Shown here: one piece after another, positions 62,768 through 64,000 of the stretch | Position numbering within the stretch: the stretch's first letter is position 1 | Layout of the letters: the number at the start of each line of letters is the position of its first letter | Source: Octopus bimaculoides | Lineage: Eukaryota | Length of the DNA: 64,000 nucleotides | Assembly (NCBI RefSeq): GCF_001194135.2 | Contig: NC_068983.1 | Span: forward strand, 145,607,760-145,671,759 | Reading direction: 5' to 3' | The notes under the pieces: model-generated | The model's database searches: none | What the model saw: the letters and a program-made list of their open reading frames with translations, nothing else | What the model was told of the DNA's origin: nothing | Translations under genes and position numbers: made by a program

Positions 62768-62987
62768 CCCTTTAGCATTCAAATTACTCTATCAAATGTA
62801 ATGCTTATTTATTTACATTGTTTTGGATTAATCATGCATTATCTTGTAGTTTTGAGATTTTGATGATGTGATTGTATATTTTTAGAATGACATTGTCGGG
62901 TATGTGTAAGAGGCCAGATCTGGTCAGTTAGAACTTAAAACAGGTAGAATATTTGGGTCGTATATGTCTGGTTTAAATGCTAAAGGG
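62768..62987 (+). mobile_element. piggyBac-like MITE family G (220 bp)
   Basis: ccctttagcattc…aatgctaaaggg; reverse-complement match to 61641-61860. Confidence 0.85.
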
Positions 62988-63789
62988 TTTAACCTATCTT
63001 CCTTGTTCATGCTGTGAATATTTTAAACTGTCCTTAATACTAAATATTTAAGCATCTTGTCTATTTTTTGTTAAATTTTTCTTATTCATTGGTACTGGAT
63101 CTCCTTAAATTCCTGCAACTTGACACCCTGTTCAAATTAATAGCGCATGTGCATGCACACAAACACATGAGCGTGTTTGTGTGTGTGTATACATCTACAT
63201 TAATAATGCATTTGCATTTCTTTTTAATACTAGATGAAATGTCTACAATTCATCTTATTCATTCACATCCAGCTGTTGCATAAACAGATATCTCCATACA
63301 GTAAGCTCTACTACCTTACACATGTTGATCAGATATTTATGTCAATTTCAATAACAGGACTGAACATGCTTTAACAGCTAATAGAAACTATGTGGCTCTA
63401 TAATTTTATAACTTACCCCTGCTCACTGCAAACAGCTTGTTTCTATTTCAACTCTTCAGTACAACTAGTTATATAACCTAACTATAGCTTCTCATCTGTC
63501 ATATTTCCCTATCTTTGATTGATAGGGTTAGTGTATAAATCAAGTGACTAGTGTCTGGTGGATTTATAACCTTTTGTTTGTGTTTCCAATCTGATTAACA
63601 ATTGCTTGCCAATTCTGGTGACTATCTGAATAACTTATGCTAAGAAGTGTTGTTTTATGAGCTGAGAAAAAAAACAAAAAAACAGGTTTTTAAATGGAAA
63701 AGGGTATCTTAATGCAACAAGAAATAAAAATGGGTAGTTATCATTGAATGAAACTTATAAAGAGGCTAGCAAATGAGCATGTGATTTGT

Positions 63790-64000
63790 GAGGACTTTTA
63801 GTCTTGTCAAAGACATGATACCTCTCTCGAGCTGGTACCATGGGAAAAGTACCACAGTATGCACTATAAAGTGGTTAAAGTTAGGAAAGGCATCCAGTCA
63901 TAGAAACTAGTCTCAGTGTACAGTACTCCAACTGTGATGATCCATCATTCAACTCATGCCAGCATGGAAAGTAGATGTAAAATGTTAATGATGATGACAA
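63790..64000 (+). mobile_element. Degenerate RTE-type 3' tail
   Basis: ggaaaggcatccagtcatagaaac…catgccagcatggaaagtagatgt…atgatgatg. Confidence 0.7.

Overview
AT-rich eukaryotic (animal) genomic DNA with six N-gaps. The repeat content (RTE-LINE tails ending in (ATG)n, Meta-domain and other tRNA-derived SINEs, TTAA-type MITEs) resembles what is known from Octopus; that species call is inference. No long ORF and no recognisable named protein-coding gene. No rRNA, true tRNA or CRISPR. Most ORFs in the supplied track are microsatellite or transposon read-through. What the sequence supports: (1) a CpG-rich island-like zone at about 5.6-10.3 kb with two divergent candidate first exons (minus-strand donor at 5998; plus-strand YY1-motif exon ending 7282), separated by a 630-bp foldback MITE; (2) a probable plus-strand long-intron gene whose best coding evidence is a signal-peptide exon at 28500-28550 (MMILGLLLALFLCISIP|gtgagt), plus low-confidence downstream exon and microexon candidates; (3) many mobile elements: a 5'-truncated RTE LINE (about 10.5-12.4 kb) and many RTE 3' ends carrying a roughly 65-bp double-hairpin tandem array, an internally deleted Ty3/Gypsy element (32663-33955) with LTRs, tRNA-Ser PBS and TSD, an L2/CR1-like LINE with an apparent 5' inversion, a Penelope remnant, Helitron-like elements, and piggyBac- and hAT-type MITEs. 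All alignments and translations were done by eye. Transposon boundaries are approximate unless TSDs are quoted. Exon calls need RNA-seq.
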